DNA of 64,000 bases from an uncultured delta proteobacterium (GTDB lineage Bacteria; Myxococcota_A; Polyangia; Polyangiales; Polyangiaceae), in NCBI GenBank assembly GCA_963696385.1, contig CAVOKF010000007.1:832001-896000 (forward strand), written 5' to 3'. The translations under genes and the position numbers were made by a program. Shown one piece after another: positions 60,036 through 64,000 of this stretch (the stretch's first letter is position 1; every line of letters starts with the position of its first letter). The notes beneath the pieces were generated by a model that was not told the DNA's origin, searched no databases, and saw only the letters and a program-made list of their open reading frames with translations.

Positions 60036-61333
60036 CGACCCGGCAAGCGAATCCAGAACACCACCGCGACGACCAGGTGCGTCACGGAGGTGGAAAGGGC
60101 TATTCCCGAAAGGCCGAGCCCGCCCACGAAGAGCGCGTTCAGCCCGGCGTTCAGCGTACTGTTGAGAACTCCCATACCGGGCATGATGCGACTGTTTTGC
60201 AAGGCTACGTGTGCGCGCGCGAGAACGAGCAGCGCACCGAACGGGGCCGACCCGGCGAGCGCCCAGGGCACGATGGCCGCAATGCGGGCGACGCCGGCAC
60301 AATCCATCGCCCCATGCGAGAACAAGAGCGCGCAGAGCGGAGCACTCGCTGCGCCCAGGACGAGGCCGAGCCCGATGAGCAGAGCGCAGACGACGGCCAG
60401 CGTCCGTCGCGTGGTGGCGAGAAATTGCGACGGGCGATTCGCTTCGTGCGAAAGGCGAGTGAGCAGGACGGGAAAGAGCGTCGCCTGGAGAAGCGATGTC
60501 GGCAGCGACGCGACGTCGCCGGCGTACCGCACGAGCGTGCCGCCACCCACCACGCCAGCCAAGCCGGCCATCAGCTGATCGATGAGCGGATTGATTCGCG
60601 TGATGAGAGAGCCGGTCATCTCGAGCCGCACCAGCGCGAAGATGCGGCGCAGCGGCTCGGATCGGTCCAAGTTGGGCGCGACTCGAAGACCGAGAGCGCG
60701 GCGTGCGATGAGCGCCAGTACGCCGATGGCGACAATCTCGCCGGCGAGCATCGCCAGGGGTATCGCACGCACGCCGAGCGTCCGCCTGCCCGCGAACAGC
60801 ACCGCCCACGTCAGCGCCATGCCGAGGCCGCTTCCTATCGGGTGCGCGCGAAAGACTCCGTGCGCATTGAGCACCCCGACATAAAATGAGCGTACTCCCG
60901 TCGCGATCGTTCCGATCGACATCAAGACGACGAGCTCGAGAGAGACGCGATGAAGGGGCGACACGAGGCCGGCTGCGAGGGCCGCGAGACTGCCCATGGT
61001 CAAGGCGACGGCACCGCCCGCGGCGATCGTGTACCCCAGCAGAGCGCCGGCCAAACGCGACACGTTCGCGGGCTCCCGGATGCCCACTTCAATCAGCACC
61101 GGCACCGCCCCCGAATCTTGGAAAGCACCGGTGACCACGGCGCCGGCAAACACGAAATAAGCGGCCAAAAGATAATAAAGATCCGTTTCGGCCGTCCGTC
61201 CGAAAAATGCCGCGAGCGCCAGCGGAAGCACCGCTTCGCCTCCTCGCAGCAGGACTTGGAACGGCAACAGCCCGAGGGCCGTGCGGGCAAGGGCGGGGAC
61301 CGGGCGGGCGGTCGCGGGCGCCGGTTCGGTCAT
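59978..61333 (-). CDS. MurJ/MviN-like MOP-family flippase
   Basis: Start MTEPAP. AAFFGRTAETDLY, INPLIDQLMA, LPTSL...TLFP.L, LFSHGA, GLSGIALSTSV; many TM segments. Confidence 0.82.
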   Translation of the reverse strand: MTEPAPATARPVPALARTALGLLPFQVLLRGGEAVLPLALAAFFGRTAETDLYYLLAAYFVFAGAVVTGAFQDSGAVPVLIEVGIREPANVSRLAGALLGYTIAAGGAVALTMGSLAALAAGLVSPLHRVSLELVVLMSIGTIATGVRSFYVGVLNAHGVFRAHPIGSGLGMALTWAVLFAGRRTLGVRAIPLAMLAGEIVAIGVLALIARRALGLRVAPNLDRSEPLRRIFALVRLEMTGSLITRINPLIDQLMAGLAGVVGGGTLVRYAGDVASLPTSLLQATLFPVLLTRLSHEANRPSQFLATTRRTLAVVCALLIGLGLVLGAASAPLCALLFSHGAMDCAGVARIAAIVPWALAGSAPFGALLVLARAHVALQNSRIMPGMGVLNSTLNAGLNALFVGGLGLSGIALSTSVTHLVVAVVFWIRLPGRSRPNGTRLPAKRDAARVK

Positions 61334-62418
61334 GAAGCCTTCGACACGGATTGATACACCGCGCGGTAGCCTTCGCACATGCGGCCGAGATCGCAGTGCG
61401 CGACGACGAAACGACGACCTTCGACACCCATTGCGCGCAGGCCGGCCCGATCGGCTCTCGCGCGCAGGATGGCCCCCGCGAAGGCCTCGGCGGTCGCCTC
61501 GGATACGAGCCATCCGGTGACGCCGGGCTGAACGATCTCGGGGATGCCCCCTCCGGCGAACGCGATGACCGGACGCTCCATCGCCAGCGCCTCGAGCACC
61601 GAGAGGCCGAGCGGTTCGTCGTCGGAAGTGTTCAGGATGGCGTCGCACTGCGCGACGAAGGGCCGCGGATCGGCGTGACGACCCACGAAGGTCACCGAGG
61701 CGCCTCGTGCGCGAGCCAGCGCCTCGAGCCGACGCCGCTCTTCTCCCTCACCGACGACTACGAGGTCGACCTCGGCCAGAGCCGCTGCCTCGATGGCGAG
61801 ATGCACGCGCTTCCACGCGGTGAGTCGGCACACGATTCCGACGCGAAGAGCCCCATCGCTCGCCGGCCCAGGAACCCAGTAGAGCGGGTCGACGCCGTTT
61901 CGGACGACGGTGGTCCGTGCCGCCGCCCGAGGTGCGGTTCGCGCGAGCACCGAATGAACGTAGCGGCTCACCGCGATGAACCGTTCGGTGCGCGCGGCAG
62001 CCCAGCGCGTAAACGGCGAACAGCTCGGATCGAAATAATGCATGACATGGTGCTCGGTACGCACCTGGGGCAGCCCCGCGCGGCGCGCAGCTCGTGTTCC
62101 GAGCACGTGGGACGCGAACGTGTGCGTGTGGACGAGGTCGATGCGTTCGGCAACGAGTAGGGCCGCCAGCCAAGCGACGTCAGCGGGGCCGAGAGAGCGA
62201 TAAAGATAGGCAAACGGGTTGTCGCGCGCCGCACCTCGATCGTGAATCCTGACCCCGCAGGAGATCAGATAATCGGCGAGCGCGCGATTGGGCGTAATCA
62301 CTGCCGCTTGATGGATCGCGCCAGTCTGTTCGGAGCGGCAGGCGAGCTGCGTGAGGAGCCGCTCCGCTCCGCCGATGTCCCCTCCCACGACGACGTGCAT
62401 CACGCGCAATCGGCTCAT
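61330..62418 (-). CDS. Glycosyltransferase family 4
   Basis: Start MSRLRV. GGDIGGAER, VHTH, VRNGVD, RL..WKR, EPLGLSVLEALAMERPVI...GGIPEIV..G.TG.LV. Confidence 0.92.
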   Translation of the reverse strand: MSRLRVMHVVVGGDIGGAERLLTQLACRSEQTGAIHQAAVITPNRALADYLISCGVRIHDRGAARDNPFAYLYRSLGPADVAWLAALLVAERIDLVHTHTFASHVLGTRAARRAGLPQVRTEHHVMHYFDPSCSPFTRWAAARTERFIAVSRYVHSVLARTAPRAAARTTVVRNGVDPLYWVPGPASDGALRVGIVCRLTAWKRVHLAIEAAALAEVDLVVVGEGEERRRLEALARARGASVTFVGRHADPRPFVAQCDAILNTSDDEPLGLSVLEALAMERPVIAFAGGGIPEIVQPGVTGWLVSEATAEAFAGAILRARADRAGLRAMGVEGRRFVVAHCDLGRMCEGYRAVYQSVSKAS

Positions 62419-62663
62419 TCGAGAGCGCCGTTTCCGAAGGCTGGCCGTACTCGGAACCGATGCGCGGGCGCCGGATACCATGTCGCGCGAAGACTTTCCA
62501 GCCGACGTCTGCGAACGGGAGAACGGCCACGCCGACGAAAACCCAACCAATCCGATGCCACGGCGGATCTGGCGGACCCGTCCCTCGCACCGGTCGGCGG
62601 CGGCGAGCGTCCCCACCATGCCGAAACGCGTCGGCAACCGAAGCATCGTAGACTGCCGGCACT

Positions 62664-64000
62664 TTGAGCATACGCGTCGCCGTTCACCATCAAACACGAT
62701 ACCGCTTCGATCGTCCGGTCGACTTTTCGCCCCACGTCGTGCGTTTGCGGCCCGCCCCGCACTGCCGAACCCCGATCGTGGCGTACTCACTTCGGATCGA
62801 GCCGGCCGAGCATTTCATCAACTGGCAACAGGACCCGTTCGGAAACTATCAGGCACGGATCGTAATCCCGAAGCCGGCGGCCGAGTTGCTCGTGGAGGTC
62901 GACCTGGTCGCCGATCTGACGGTGATCAATCCGTTCGATTTCTTTCTCGACGACGACGCCCAGCACTTTCCCCTGACGTACGCCCCGGCGTTGAGGCGAG
63001 ATCTGATCCCGTATCTGCAAACGGGAGCATTCGGCGCCCACTTCGCCGACTTCGTCGAGCGGGCCCGATCCCGAATGGCCGTGCCCGGTCAAAGGCTCAT
63101 CGATCTCCTGGTCGACTTGAACCGCCACGTGCACTCGACCCTTCGCTACGACGTGCGGATGGAGCCGGGCGTTTTCGCGCCCGAGGAGACCCTCGAACGA
63201 GGCCACGGATCGTGCCGCGATTTTGCGTGGCTGTTGGTGCAAACGCTTCGCCATCTTGGCCTGGCGGCGCGGTTCGCATCCGGCTACTCCATTCAGTTGA
63301 AGGCCGACGAGAAGCCTCTGCGCGGACCCGCTGGCGTGGCGCACGACGCGGTCGACTTGCACGCCTGGGCGGAGGTGTTCTTGCCGGGAGCCGGCTGGGT
63401 GGGGTTGGACGCCACCAGCGGCTTGCTCGCGAGCGAGGGTCACATTCCGCTCGCATGCACGCCGGATCCGGAGACGGCTGCGGCCGTGACCGGGACGTTC
63501 TCGTGGCGCAAGCGAAGCGAGCACGACCGCATCGAAGAGACGCTTGCGTTCGAGATGGACGTGCGCCGCGCGTACGAAGCGCCGCGCGTCACGCTGCCCT
63601 ACAGCGAGCAAGCCTGGGCCGAGATCGACGCGCTCGGGGCTGAGGTCGATCGGGTACTCGCCGCGAACGACGTACGACTCACCATGGGGGGGGAACCGAC
63701 GTTCGTGGCGAACGACGACCCCGAGGCGGCCGAGTGGACGATCGCAGCCTTGGGTCCCACCAAGCGGCGCTACGCGAGCGCGCTCACCCATCGACTCTAC
63801 GAGCGATTCACGCGCCACGGTCTCATTCACGAAGGCCAGGGAAAGTGGTATCCGGGGGAACCGCTGCCGCGGTGGGCGCTTTCTTGCTATTTTCGAAAGG
63901 ATGGTTTGCCCATCTGGCAAAATCCGGAATTGTTCGCCCGGGCCGCTACCGGGGATGCGACGGCCGCCGATGCGATGGCCTTCGTTGGGCTCGTTGCGGA
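62664..64000 (+). CDS. Transglutaminase-family protein with DUF2126 (runs off window end)
   Basis: Not in the ORF track. TTG start, SIRVAVHHQTRYRFDRP, RLRPAPHCRTPI, WQQDPFGN, GSCRDFAWLL, DLHAWAEVFLPGAGWVGLD, LTMGGEPTFV, GQGKWYPGEPLPRW. Confidence 0.9.
   Translation, partial: MSIRVAVHHQTRYRFDRPVDFSPHVVRLRPAPHCRTPIVAYSLRIEPAEHFINWQQDPFGNYQARIVIPKPAAELLVEVDLVADLTVINPFDFFLDDDAQHFPLTYAPALRRDLIPYLQTGAFGAHFADFVERARSRMAVPGQRLIDLLVDLNRHVHSTLRYDVRMEPGVFAPEETLERGHGSCRDFAWLLVQTLRHLGLAARFASGYSIQLKADEKPLRGPAGVAHDAVDLHAWAEVFLPGAGWVGLDATSGLLASEGHIPLACTPDPETAAAVTGTFSWRKRSEHDRIEETLAFEMDVRRAYEAPRVTLPYSEQAWAEIDALGAEVDRVLAANDVRLTMGGEPTFVANDDPEAAEWTIAALGPTKRRYASALTHRLYERFTRHGLIHEGQGKWYPGEPLPRWALSCYFRKDGLPIWQNPELFARAATGDATAADAMAFVGLVA

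Overview
High-GC chromosomal window, most likely from a myxobacterium (Myxococcota, Polyangiales-like). The taxonomy is inferred from a MYXO-CTERM tail, many Ser/Gly/Thr- and 'DAG'-linker lipoproteins, a DUF1552/DUF1592 pair and an ECF sigma module. About 48 coding regions are supportable. The first ~21 kb is an accessory cell-envelope region. It holds c-type-heme lipoproteins (two with non-canonical CX3CH/CX4CH motifs), three DUF1566 paralogs, DUF1552+DUF1592, three outer-membrane-barrel-like proteins, an ECF sigma with two tandem anti-sigma-like paralogs, and a stand-alone HExxH protein. The 21-31 kb stretch has a sulfite/nitrite reductase, a PRMT-like methyltransferase, an HTTM pair, an adenylate cyclase and an orphan Cys-rich BufA2-like peptide. 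The remainder is largely housekeeping: DEAD-box helicase, pyrE, Lhr, cysDN, GH12, glnD, GntP, arfB, pgm, MurJ-like/GT4 and a transglutaminase. Notable lesions are an in-frame TGA at the first ACT domain of glnD, three clear and one possible +1 frameshifts (probably assembly errors), a degenerate APS-kinase domain on CysN, and a fossil 2-hydroxyacid dehydrogenase fragment. I found no rRNA, tRNA, CRISPR array, transposase or integrase. All family calls come from reading motifs by eye; no database search was run.
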